From NCBI GenBank assembly GCA_051294375.1, contig CM119265.1, positions 482,457-546,456 on the forward strand: DNA of 64,000 bases. Reading direction: 5' to 3'. Made by a program: the position numbers and the translations under genes. Below are positions 47,427-59,800 of this stretch, one piece after another (position 1 is the first letter of the stretch; every line of letters begins with the position of its first letter). The notes below the pieces were generated by a model that searched no databases, had not been told where the DNA came from, and was given only the letters and a program-made list of their open reading frames with translations. Origin of the DNA: Paraspadella gotoi. Taxonomy: Eukaryota > Animalia > Chaetognatha.

Positions 47427-48083
47427 TGGAAAAGACAGTAATTATTGATAGGTGTTAATGACAGAACCGTTCAATATAAGCAGTCCCTGAGCTTCGGATC
47501 AGGCTGTAACACCGTATTACAGGCGGGTTAAGCGCCCCGTCCCTCTTAACTGCCAGACGACCACCGGGCTAGAACCCCGGACCTTTTGGGTTGGGAGGCG
47601 AATGTCTTGCCTCCGGCACCAATGGCCGCTGATGAACGGTTGGTGGATTTTAGTCCACCATACATCCCCCCCTCCCGTAGGGAGAAGTCTGTTGCGTCTC
47701 TTCAGTGAATTGTTGTTGTTGGTGGAAAGTTCGTCATCAAGTTGAGGCATGTCGCCTGATGTGTTGTGGGCGGAAAGTGCATCGCCAGGTTGAGGCATGT
47801 CGCCTGAAAGTGTTGTTGCTGTTGTGTTTGGAATTCGGGCTCACCAATGAAGAGACAGTAATTATTGATAAGTGTTAAAGACAGAACTGTTCATTATAAG
47901 CAGTCCCTGAGCTTCGGATCAGACTGTAACATCATGTTATAGGCGGGTTAAGCGCCCCGTCCCTGTAAACTGTCAGACGACCACCGGGCTAGAACCCCGG
48001 ACCTTTTGGGTTGGGAGGCGAATGTCTTGCCTCCGGCACCAATGGCCGCTGATGAACGGTTGGTGGATTTTAGTCCACCATAA
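47427..48083 (-). mobile_element. TRIM-like non-autonomous LTR element with tRNA-Gly(CCC)-derived unit in each LTR
   Basis: ~237-bp direct repeats 47427-47664 and 47848-48083; PBS TGGTGAGCCCGA (47846-47835); PPT GGGAGGGGGGGA (47676-47665); 183-bp non-coding interior. Confidence 0.85.
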
Positions 48084-48113
48084 TATTGTGAATTTTCACT
48101 AACCAAATTTGCA

Positions 48114-48147
48114 CTGAAGAAGACGAACAACCTCGCCGAAACATGTG
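48114..48147 (+). ncRNA. Degenerate hammerhead-like motif (Penelope-type fragment)
   Basis: CTGAAGA...stem II...GAAACATGTG; GUG triplet and no clear stem I. Confidence 0.35.
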
Positions 48148-48756
48148 GTTTTTTTTTTAATTAAAATAAATTCATAGTTTGAAATTAAAATTTTTTTTTC
48201 ACTTTTAATACTTATATATATAATCTAAAATAGGGGAGAAAAGTTTTGAGAAATAGTTGATAGCCTTGCAAAGGAAAACAACAGTACTTAAAACAAATAA
48301 AAGTTTAAATTAGTAAATTTTAAAAATAACCGATCGGTTAAAATTATTTCTAATCGGTGATTAACGGTTAACCGTTAATCGGTTAAAACGCCGAGTATTA
48401 ATCCAAGCTCGATCATTTGTTTACTTAATTTCAAGTAAACTGAGAACATCTGCCATCTCGCGAAATTAAAGAAACATGAGTAACAAAATCTATGTTAGAA
48501 CTGACACAGATAATGTGATACAGAAAATATAAATAAAAATAAAGCATATTATGTAGCTTATGTAGCTTTTAGACATTCACTAACAAATTAGAATTGAGAC
48601 AGTCAAAGGAATAAAATAAAATATAATAAAATATATAGAAAAAGGTTTTATATTGTGTTTTTCTATTTTTGATATATTCAAAAGATTATTCTAGCATAAT
48701 TAACCTGAAGAATCGTAATCATATTACACCTGATCTTTTGTTTTAGTGATAAATCG

Positions 48757-48794
<38 letters not shown>

Positions 48795-48848
48795 TACACA
48801 TTGGCTCTCTCTTTTTTTTCTTTTTTTCATGTTTGCACATCGTATGTC

Positions 48849-48897
<49 letters not shown>

Positions 48898-49259
48898 GTC
48901 TCGATTTTAACTGACGGCTCAACACCATTCCTTAGATTTCAGTTTCATACGGATCATGAAATCAACGTAACATTACTTTTCTATTATTATGAATGACATC
49001 CGGGTTCGTCTTGTAATTCTATCCCACATTCGGAGTTTGTATTTTATGCAAACGAAAAGGGAGCGATTTTAGCCTCCATTTGTCGCTTCTCTACAAAAAT
49101 TCATTGGATCCGATTATATCCTGGGTTTGTCGTTGATCCGAACTATATACGGAGTTTTTTATTTTTTCCTGAAGTGATCTTTTTTTGGTTGGGGTTCTAT
49201 TCGCTGTCGAATCTGGCTCCAACGAGTCGCAAAGAGGAGTCTCTCTCTCTCTCGTTCCT

Positions 49260-49313
<54 letters not shown>

Positions 49314-49393
49314 TTCCTGAGGTCCGCTGCTGTTGCGTTCCATTCCGCTGCTGCTACTGCGGGATCGCGAAGACTCTCTCTCTCTCTCTCTCT

Positions 49394-49434
<41 letters not shown>

Positions 49435-50479
49435 GCGAAAATGAATCCAAGGAAATGTGAATATTTTTTTGGAGAATTTAGCTGCTATGAATACAAAATT
49501 TTATCGTTTAACAAATCGTCTCAAGAACTTCGCTAATTTTATTTTTTTTATTTTTCTGTATTACGGTATTGCAGTATTTTGTGTGAAATGACACGATGTT
49601 TCTTGAAGTCGTAGTGTTTGAAAATATTTTGGATTATTTCATAAAATAATTATTATTATTATTATTTCGATTATATTCATCGCGAAATTTCGAATATAAC
49701 TTCTTCTAAATATGTTTTTCTTTTTAATAAACTTGTAAAATATTAAGATTTTCGTTAACGGGGTAATATTAAAAATATTACCTGTTAACGAAAATTATTA
49801 TTGCAAATTATCATGATATTTTTCAAGCTAATTATTGATTGTTTTTCTTGGGACTATTGATAATTTTTTCAAATGAAAAAAGTGTTTAAATTTTTTAAAG
49901 ATATTACTTTTACGTATCTTTTACTATTTTATTACTAATTTAATAAAAGAAAAGTTGAAGAAAGAAATAAATAAAGAAAAAACAATTGAGTAAAAAAAGA
50001 AATAAAAGAGAAAAATCGAATTCAAGAAAAAAAAGGAAAATCCTTAAATATCTGGATTCTGGAAGGTCAACTTATCTTGGGCTCTTAGTCTCGCCATTTT
50101 TCTCTCACTCTCTCTTGCACTCTCTATCCCTCTCTCTCTCTTTCACTCTCTATCTCTTCCACTCTCTATCTCTCTCTCTTTCACTCTCTATCTCTCTCTC
50201 TCTTTCATTCTCTATCCCTCTCTCTCTCTTTCACTCTCTATCTCTTTCGCTCTCTATCTCTCTCTCTCTGTTTCACTCTCTCTCTATTTCTCTCTCTCTT
50301 TTTTACTTTTATCTCTTTACCTACTCTACCAGTCTACAGAAGAAAATGAATTGTAAATTTTAAAAAATCATTGAAATTATATTTCGAGAACATAGCATTG
50401 CCTATATAAATGCAATATTTAATCTAAATATATAATAGTTAGATAATTACTACTTTAAGCTTCAATTTCACAGAAATTT

Positions 50480-50608
50480 TAATCTTAATATGTAACCTTA
50501 ATCTATCTATAATCTTAATATTTAATCTTAATCTAACCCTAATCTTAATATTTACCCTTAATCTATTCCTAATCTTAATATGTAACCCTAATCTATCCCT
50601 AAACCTAA
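50480..50608. repeat. Degenerate hexamer array (TAATCT/TAACCC, ~30-bp higher-order unit)
   Basis: 6-nt periodicity with TAACCCTAA units. Confidence 0.6.
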
Positions 50609-50617
50609 TATTTTACC

Positions 50618-50701
<84 letters not shown>

Positions 50702-51175
50702 AGATGGCAAAAGAGAGAAATGGCGAGAGAGAGATGGCAGGAGAGAGAGAAATGGCAAGAGAAAGAGATGTCGAGAGAAAGAGAAGAAGAGAGAGAGAGA
50801 GAGAGATGTCGAGAAAGAGAGGTGAGGAGAGAGAGAGAGATGGCGAGAGAGAGAAATGGCGAGAGAGAGAGATGGCAAGAGAGAGAAACGGCGAGAGAGA
50901 TGGCAAGAGAGAGATGAGGAGATAAAGAGAGATGAGGAGATAGAGAGAGAGGAGGAGATAGAGAGAGAGAGAGAGAGTGGTGCATTAAAATGAATTCGAC
51001 CTTTTAGATCGACGCCGAATCAGTAAATATTTGGTTTTCGTTCAACGCGAAACGAAATTCACAAAGAATCGCAAAAAGTTTCGACTGTAGTACAGTGAAA
51101 ACTGTTTAACGAACTTATAAGTAATAAAAAGAAAACATTTGAGGGAGATAAAAGTATTGCTGCAGGGAAAAATGT

Positions 51176-51222
<47 letters not shown>

Positions 51223-52059
51223 TCTCTCTAATAGAATAAAGAATCTTTCTCTTTTTTTCTTGATTGATTTTTCAGTTGTTAAACCGAATGTTAATTGTGT
51301 CTCCGCGCGAAAATTAAGTTAACACTTCTGCGTCCTCGTAAAATTTGTAAACATTTCGTCGTCGTCGTCGTCGTCGTCGTAGTCTTTCTTTTCATTCAAG
51401 AGGCTTTAATTTAATTATTGTCGGCGTCAGGTCGAGACCGAATATTTCGTCGTCGTCGTCGTCGTCGTCGTCTTCTAGTCGTTTTTCTTTTAATATGTTT
51501 TTTCTTATCGTTTTTTAGTAGTATACACTCATTCTTTGGTTAAAATTAATAGTAAAAAACAAAAAAGTTAACTATCAACTTAACTATAAAGAATTTGGTA
51601 AAAACCCGATTTTTAAAATACATAAATTCTCGTCTTTTTCTTTTGTTTTTATCTTAAATATTAATTACTATTATTATTCTAAGACTTTTTATGTTTCGCG
51701 CTAATATATGATGTTAATTTATGATGTAAATAAAAATTGTTCATTTTTCGTCGTCATCGTCGTCGTCGTCATCGTCGTCATTTAATTCGTTTAAACAAAA
51801 ATAGTTGAGTCTTTAATTTTCAAAAGAAACGAATCAAAGAAAGAAAAGATTAATTTGGTCACGTGATTGAAATTTAAAAAAGTTTGGCGCCAAAAATTCG
51901 CGCAAACGCAAACGATCGTCTGCTGTACAGATGCGAGAAAACAGACGCAAGAAAACAAATTCAAGAAAACAGATTCAAGAAAACAAATGCAAGAAAACAG
52001 ATGCAAAGAAACCCAGTACACACTCAAGAAAAATCAGTAAAAGCTACATATTGAAAATA

Positions 52060-53490
52060 AGATGCCAGTCTTCATTGGAATCGTCCCATGCCAGTTAAGA
52101 TGCCAGTCTTCATTGGTATTGTTCCTTGACAGTAAAGATGCCAGTCTTCATTGGTATCATTCCATGCCAGGTAAGATACCAGTCTTCATTGGAATCGTAA
52201 ATTGCAAGTTGAGATACCAGTCTTCATATGAATCATCCCTTGGCTGTTAAAATGCCAGTCTACATTGGGTTTGTCTCTGCCAGTAGACATACCAGTCTTT
52301 TTTGTGTTCATCCCTTACCCTTATTAATTGGAGCCTTCTCGCATGGCGAATTCGACTTCTGGTTCCATCGCTAACCGGACAATCCGCCACAGAGATTACA
52401 TTTAAGTTGCCAGTCTTTATTGGGATCTTCCATTGCCAGTCCTCATTAAAATTTACCTTTGCCAGTTGATTTTGACTTGATGGGCGTTCTTCCTTCGGGG
52501 GACTGCCTCACTCTCAAAGCTGTCATCGTGTTCGCGCTCGATTCGATCTATCAAGATCCATTCTGCAAAGGTTGCATCTAACTCAAACACTTTTGAAAAC
52601 TCTAGCTGCTTCATCATCTCTTTTCGAGATCCTAGCTCTTCCAATGTTTGCTTATATAATGCTATACTCTTTTCCGCAAACGCACTTCCTTTTTGATGAG
52701 TCACTAGCCTTACCACCACATATCTTATAGTGGTTATTCAGGTTTGCCTCCTGAAGGAAAACTTCATTACATTTTCAGCAGACGAAAGACTTCTTCTGAC
52801 TGGATACCTCGTGAATTCTTTTCTTTTGTGTGACAAGACGGTCGCTAGACTTACATTCTTTTCCACAGTAAGAACAATCTAAATTACTTTCTTTTCTCCC
52901 AACATTCCTTGTTATGCTGTCCGCCTTCCACTCATGCCCTAGACTCTTCTCCCATTTTTGGTCTTTTGTCATTTCTCCTATATCACACACATCCAGCCCA
53001 GCCTCTCTTAACATTTTTCTCCAGTAGTGGTGGGACCTTCTGTCCCTTTTACCTTTCAGTTCCCACTTTTCTAGCCCGCTCATCCATCCAAGAATTACAG
53101 CCTTGGCCATTCGGTCATCCTCCATTCTCATCCTCATTAAATTTTTATTTTGCCAGTTGATATACTAGGCTTTATTGGGATCGTCTATTGCCAGTTCTCA
53201 TTGAAATTTATCCTTGCCAGTTGATATACCAGTTTTTATTGGGATCGTCCATTGCCAGTTCTCATTGAAATTTATCCTTGCCAGTTGATATACCAGTCTT
53301 TATTGGGATCGTCCATTGCCAGTCCTCATTGAAATTTATTCATGCCAGTTGATATACCAGTCTTAATTGGGATCATCCATTGCCAGTTCTCATTGAAATT
53401 TACCCTTGCCAGTTGATATACCAGTCTTTATTGGGATCGTCCATTGCCAGTTCTCATTGAAATTTACCCTTGCCAGTTGATATGCCAGTC
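52060..53490. repeat. 64-bp minisatellite (GCCAGTTGATATACCAGTCTTTATTGGGATCGTCCATT...) interrupted at ~52470-53130
   Basis: GCCAGTTGATA at 53152, 53216, 53280, 53345, 53408, 53472; more diverged units 52060-52468. Confidence 0.85.
52775..53137 (-). pseudogene. 3' fragment of a non-LTR (RTE-like) retrotransposon ORF
   Basis: RMEDDRMAKAVILGW...R..W...G pattern and CSYCGKECKS..L....RIH degenerate C2H2 finger, as at LINE ORF2 C-termini. Confidence 0.6.
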
Positions 53491-53809
53491 ATTTTTCGCC
53501 ATAACGATGCCTGTCGCCATTTTTTCCACAATTGGCGCCACTGACAAAAATGTCCTCTTTTTTGTCGTCATCGTCTTTGTCGCTGTCTTTCTTTTTGTTG
53601 TGGTCTTACTCCTCTTCCTCTTCCTCCTCCTCCTCTTCCTCATCCTCCTCCTCTTCTTCCTCCTTATTGTCTGGCGCCAGGAACCGATTTTCATTCTTTT
53701 TTCATTCTATTTCTCCAGGGGATTCTTAGCCGTCGTCATGGTCGTCGTTGTCGTCGTCGTTGTCGTCTCGCCATAGCCTCAAGACATTTAATCCAATGTT
53801 GTTCAACTT

Positions 53810-53840
<31 letters not shown>

Positions 53841-53930
53841 AGTTATTCTTGTTACGGTCAATTCTTTTATCTTATTTTGATTTGTGGAATTGATTAATTG
53901 AATGATTTACTTCATGGTTTAATTGCTTTT

Positions 53931-53990
<60 letters not shown>

Positions 53991-54708
53991 AGCACTCGTC
54001 CTCTCTCTTCCTCACACCTAAAATTCTCAAGGCGTCAAATTCTAAAAGTAAAAGAAACGGATGTCAACAAATATTTAGTGGAAAGGAAAACAATTACATG
54101 AAACATCGAATATAAACTTTAATTTGAAAAACATAAAAACAAAGACCAAGCTTAAGATCAAGCAAAAGACAAACAAAAGATCAAGTTAATGACCAAGCTA
54201 AATATGAGAAACAAATGATCTCGAATAATTAAAAAAGAAATAATAATCGCTACAAATTGAAGAAAGTAAATATTGATATATTGAATATTATTTTTCAGCA
54301 CTGCTTTGCGCTTAAGAAAAAAGACAATCTTAAAAAAATCGTTGTTTTTTAACATTTTTAAAAAATTATACCAATTATTAACGCGAATAAATTTGAAGTC
54401 AAAACTTTTTCTTTTTTACTTATTGGTTTATCATTTTATCATTTTAATCATATGTAATTATTATTAACATAATTTTATTACATATCATATTGTATTATAA
54501 TTATTATCGTACATCCACGGAATTTACTATGTGTAAATCATCAAATTGTAATTGAGTATTAATAATCAAAACATTTAATTATGATTGAACAGAGTCACAT
54601 CAAACCAAAAGAAATTATATTAAAAAGACCCTTTTTTAATTATAATTTATAAAAGAACGTGAATGAAAAAACTTAAGAAATAAAACAGAAAATGTATAAA
54701 GTCATCAC

Positions 54709-54745
<37 letters not shown>

Positions 54746-55147
54746 TCTCTCTCTTCTGTTTATTATCCTGGGGTGAAACCCGCTGAGGTTTTCTGAGCTT
54801 CAGTCAATGAGACGAAGGTGTTTCATTTTTTCTTTTCTCTTTTATTCAGACTAATTTTTATTTGCTGTTTTTAAGCGGTTACATTGTTTAATGTACTACT
54901 TCTTCAATCTTCTTTTTTTTTTGAAGAAGAAGAAGAAAAGAAGAAAAAGAAAGAAATAAAGAAAGAAAAAAAAAGAAAGAGAAAAGAGAGAAAGAAAGAA
55001 AAAAAGAAAGAGATAAAAGAGAAATAAAGAAAGAAAAAAAGAAAGAAAGAAAGAAAGAAAGAAAAAAAGAAAGAAAGAGATCAAAGGCAACAGATTATGA
55101 TCTGGGGTTTTGTTCCGCTGGCGCCGTAGATTCAAAATTCTGTCTCC

Positions 55148-55184
<37 letters not shown>

Positions 55185-55654
55185 TCTCTCTCTCTCCTTT
55201 CTTTGAATTAAAATTCTTTTTTGCTCCCATCACGGATTTGGCACTCGATAGAAATTTTTAATAAAACAAATTATTGTAAATATTTTACCGACATCGACAA
55301 AAAAAACTTTTAGTCTATTTTTTATTTTAAAACTAAACTTAAAAAACAAATAAATTAAATGTCTTAACTCTTTTTTTGGGACAAAATATTAATATATTTC
55401 CTGGTGGTAAACAAAGAGACCAGTATTTAATATCAGGGAATAATATAAAGTTTAAAGAAAAATGACAATAAATGATTAAGAAGAAATATTAAGAAACAAA
55501 ACGAATCAAATAAAAAACAAGTTAAACCGATTTTCCTTGTGTCGTAATTATCCTCGACTTAAGACTTAAAATCTCGAAAAAACAAGAGAATTCGTTGTTT
55601 CGCTTTAATTCGTGTGAATCAAATCAAAAACATCGAAAATCCGTCGTCTTTTAA

Positions 55655-55810
55655 CGATTGACCAATCAGCGACCTTCGCGCGATCATTTCGTCCAATCAG
55701 CGATCTTAGATCGGTTCGTTAGTCCAATCAGCGTTCAGCAGAGTAACTATGAACAACCATTGGCCAATTAGGTGACGAGGATTTCGATCTTCAATCAAGA
55801 CCAATCAGAA
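55655..55810 (+). promoter_or_regulatory. Cluster of five CCAAT (NF-Y-type) boxes, candidate promoter of the BMP receptor
   Basis: CCAAT at 55662, 55693, 55724, 55764, 55801, four as CCAATCAG; ~1.1 kb upstream of the ATG. Confidence 0.55.
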
Positions 55811-55828
55811 CGTCGGATTCTGTCACGG

Positions 55829-55875
<47 letters not shown>

Positions 55876-56010
55876 AAGAAAGAGAGAGAGAGAGAGAGAC
55901 GCCGAACCTGACGACGTCGCGACATTGACTGAGAGATTCGTAGACAGAGAGAGAGAGAGAGAGAGAGATAAAAACTTACCCTCACCGAGTGAAAGACTGT
56001 CGCCCGTTTT

Positions 56011-56046
<36 letters not shown>

Positions 56047-56870
56047 CGACATGATATCGATAAACAATGAATCGGATTTGTATTCGTGGTCAAACTCTTT
56101 CGATTTCCTCACCATAAAAAAATCTCCATGAATTCTTTTGATTCGAAACCTGAAATCTTTAGCGTTGAGTAGTGGTCGCCCTTCTCTTCCTCCTCCTCCT
56201 CCTCCTCCTCCTTATCTTTCCACGAGCTTCGTCCAAGATTTATTATTTTGATTAAACTAAAATCCACTCCGACAATTTAGAATGAAAATCTTGCTATGTT
56301 TTTAATGTTTAGATTTAAAATTGAATTAAAAGCTAAACCTTACCAAATAAAATAAATATAAAATAACTTCTTTTTTGCAGTGTTTATTGACGATTGGAAA
56401 ATATTCAAAATATTTCCAATCAAATAATATTTGATTGGAAAATAAAGTTCATTTTTTATTTCTTTTAAATAATTCAAACTCTCTTTTTTTACAGGAATAT
56501 TTTGAAAATTCGTCTCAACTGGAATACAACAAATAAATCAATACTTTTCAAAAAATAAATCAAATTAATTTACACATTAGAAATTACATATTGCAACAAA
56601 GGATTTTACTTCCCAATGCAAAATATTTTTCTCAAAATGAATCTCGTCCCAAAATAACGAATTAAACTACAAAATTTGATACGAATTATAAAAAAAATCC
56701 GAATTATTATGACGAATTACGATTAAAAAAATATGAACTTAAAATAATAAAATTCACGAACAAAATTTAAAAAAAAATCAATTTTCTTCAATCGAATTTT
56801 CCGTTAATAACGAACTCGTTTTATCCGTCATTCCGCTACTAAGGATCGTCTCCGTCTCTATCTCGCTACA

Positions 56871-59800
56871 ATGTCTTCCTCCATCTATTTCCTTTCCTTT
56901 CTCCTTCTTCCCACTCCATCTCTCTCTCTCTGGTGTTTCTGCGATCCTTGCTCCGGCCCGTTCATGAACGGATCGTGTCAAGCAAAACCAGACTCCAAGT
57001 GCTACGCGTCTATTAAGAAATACTTCGACAAATACACTGGTTGGTCTTATTATCAAAATTCTAAAAACAGTTAATTTCGTAATTAAAGTTATAAGTAATA
57101 AAATAATAATAAAGTTACACCTTTTGATTAAAAAAATAATCGTTTAATTTTTACATACTTTGACATAGAATGATAAGCGACAACTTAAATGTCATTAAAT
57201 GTATGATTTTAAAGACAATGTCTTAAATTTAAAAAAATATATCATTAATCAATTTTAGCCTAAACTTTTGAGAACTTTTATATTTAAATGAAACTTATCT
57301 TTTAATTACAAAAAAAATAACTTTGATAATTTTTTTATATTTCATTAAAAATTTTAAACCGGTCTGAAAGATGATGTAAAAAGTATTAATTAGAATATTA
57401 ATTAAATAAAATTAAATTTAAACAGGTGACTCATTTGATGCATTGGAATTCGGATGTCTGCCTCCTGAAGATTCTTCACAACTTCAGTGCAAAGGAAATC
57501 TAGTTCCGCATAAACAACCGCAGGGCATCGAATGCTGCGATGATGAAGATCTGTGCAATCAGCACTTGCAACCGAAATACAATCAGGTCATTTGATTAGA
57601 TACATATATACAGATATACAGTCGGGTCAAAACTCTGATTTAAAGCATTTTTAGCATTTAAATAATACCATCCAAAACTAGGACGGTACTTAAGAAACCA
57701 GTTTTATTATTATCTGTTAAAGCAGTCATTGATTAACCGATTTACTTTCAGGTCAACACATAGACCTGATGCAGTCCGTAAAGTTATTTCTAAGAAGTTT
57801 GTTTGTTTATAAACTTTTCCATTTTCTACACAGGTCGTATACGCTGGTGATCCAAATTCATCATCTTCATCATCTTCAGCTGCTTCACAAATTGCTCTTC
57901 TTCTCTCAGTGACAATCAGTCTCACTATTCTTGTCTGCACTTTAGTCATTCTTTATCTCAGATACAAGAGGACGCGTCATGAATTCACCAGGTCAGAAGG
58001 TCCAAGGATCGAATCCTGTTATAAAAGAATCTTATTCGTTTTGATTCGTGAAAAGTATGAATTAGTAGGATTGTGTGGGCTCTTTTCCGAGAGTGCCTCA
58101 TTTCTGTTTATACCGGAATATAATTTTGATAATAATAATTAGCCTTAGATTTTAAACTTAAAATCCTAAAGCTCATGCCAAACTTTAATTCTTAACCCTA
58201 ACCGTATCCCCAATTGGTAACCGCAAATCTGGTTTCTAATTTCTATCCTTAACCCTAATCACAAACCAAGTCGCTAGTCTCAATCATTAACCTAATCCTT
58301 ATCCAAATCATTAACAAGTATGTAATTCTCCAAAACGACCCGTCCCCTATGGGCGCCCCGCGGGATGGTCTCACGGGGACGACCCCCAGGGATCTGAAAA
58401 AATTGCTCCTTGGGGCCACCCCAGGGGATCAATGTTTAAGCCATTAGGGGTGACCCATTACAATACCCCCTGGAGGCATCATAATTCTATGCCCTAAGGG
58501 GCTTAAATTGTAAACCTTTTGGGTTTTTTTATTTTTCTATAGTTAATATTTTAACTGATTATCATTCAGTTCCCCCTGGAATAGATTGTCCCACGGGGGG
58601 TCATTCATTCAAAAAATTAATTCAATTCCAAAATTTAGATAAACGAGGGCGTCAAGAAATTTGGCTCAACAGATGTTATTAATTTTTACCGTACTATCTA
58701 AACTATCGAAACTATAAGCCAAAAGTAATAATGTTTTGCCTTTTTAAAATGTAAACCCTTATTAAACGTTGTTATATAATCTATTCACCCCGAGCCACCA
58801 CTTTTTATCATTTCACCCTGTGCCTTAACATTATTTTCTCACTACAGACACCCCGAGTCTTATCTGTCCGGTCACGACGATGATCCTCAGTACATTGGTC
58901 CGGGCGAAACTCTGTCCGAACTCATAGAACAAAGTCAAACCTCTGGTTCTGGGTCCGGACTGCCTCTGCTCGTACAAAGAACGATAGCTAAACAGGTGAA
59001 GAAATTATTAGAGAGAAATAGTAGTTAAATATTTGAATATTGAGAAATAAGTTCGTTAAATATTAACAAGTTTCCGATAGATTTGCTTATTGAAAAACAT
59101 GAACCACATTCTCTCTCCGCTCTTACTCTCTTACTCTCCCTACTTTCTCTTCCCTCTCTCTCCCCCTCCCTCAGATACACCTCGTTCGTTCCATTGGCAA
59201 GGGGCGCTACGGTGAAGTGTGGAAGGGGAAATGGAGAGGAGAATCCGTCGCAGTGAAGATTTTCTTCACGACGGAAGAAGCATCTTGGTTCCGTGAAACC
59301 GAAATCTATCAAACTGTTTTGATGCGACATGAAAACATCTTGGGTTTCATTGCTGCTGACATCAAAGGAACTGGAAGTTGGACGCAATTGTTTCTCATCA
59401 CAGAATATCACGAAAATGGGTCAGTTGCGGGGAAAGAAGAATTCGATTAAGACATAGGCAAAAAAAAAAAAAAATACTCTAGTTGATAAAAGATAAAAAG
59501 TATGAATTTTTTTTATTAGGCTACACAATCTGAAGTTGATACAATTATTGATAGAGCCTTTACATTAATAAATAATTTAACTATCTTTATTTCTGCCTCA
59601 TTTGAAATTTATTTGAAAACATTTACTATAGTTTTTCTTTTAATTTCTTCATTTTCTCTCTTTCTCCCTCCCTCCCCCTCTCTCCCTCTCTCCCTCTCTT
59701 CCTCTCCCTCCCTCTCCTTCTCTTCCTCTCCCTCTCTTCCTCTCCCTCTTTCCCCCTCTCAGTTCCCTCCACGATTATCTTAAATCCCGAGTCCTCGACA

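Noticed and set aside
47557-47629. Functional tRNA genes (also 39901-39972, 12144-12234)
   Set aside because: Anticodon or D stems do not pair properly and all units sit inside LTRs.
47629-47665. CTGATGA in the TRIM LTR as a hammerhead
   Set aside because: No GAAA core after the adjacent hairpin.
53131-53490. CRISPR-like array (also 40600-40918)
   Set aside because: Contiguous tandem units with no unique spacers, eukaryotic context, no cas genes.
49986-56131. Many short ORFs rich in SLSL/ERER/poly-R/poly-S
   Set aside because: They are translations of (GA)n and trinucleotide microsatellites.
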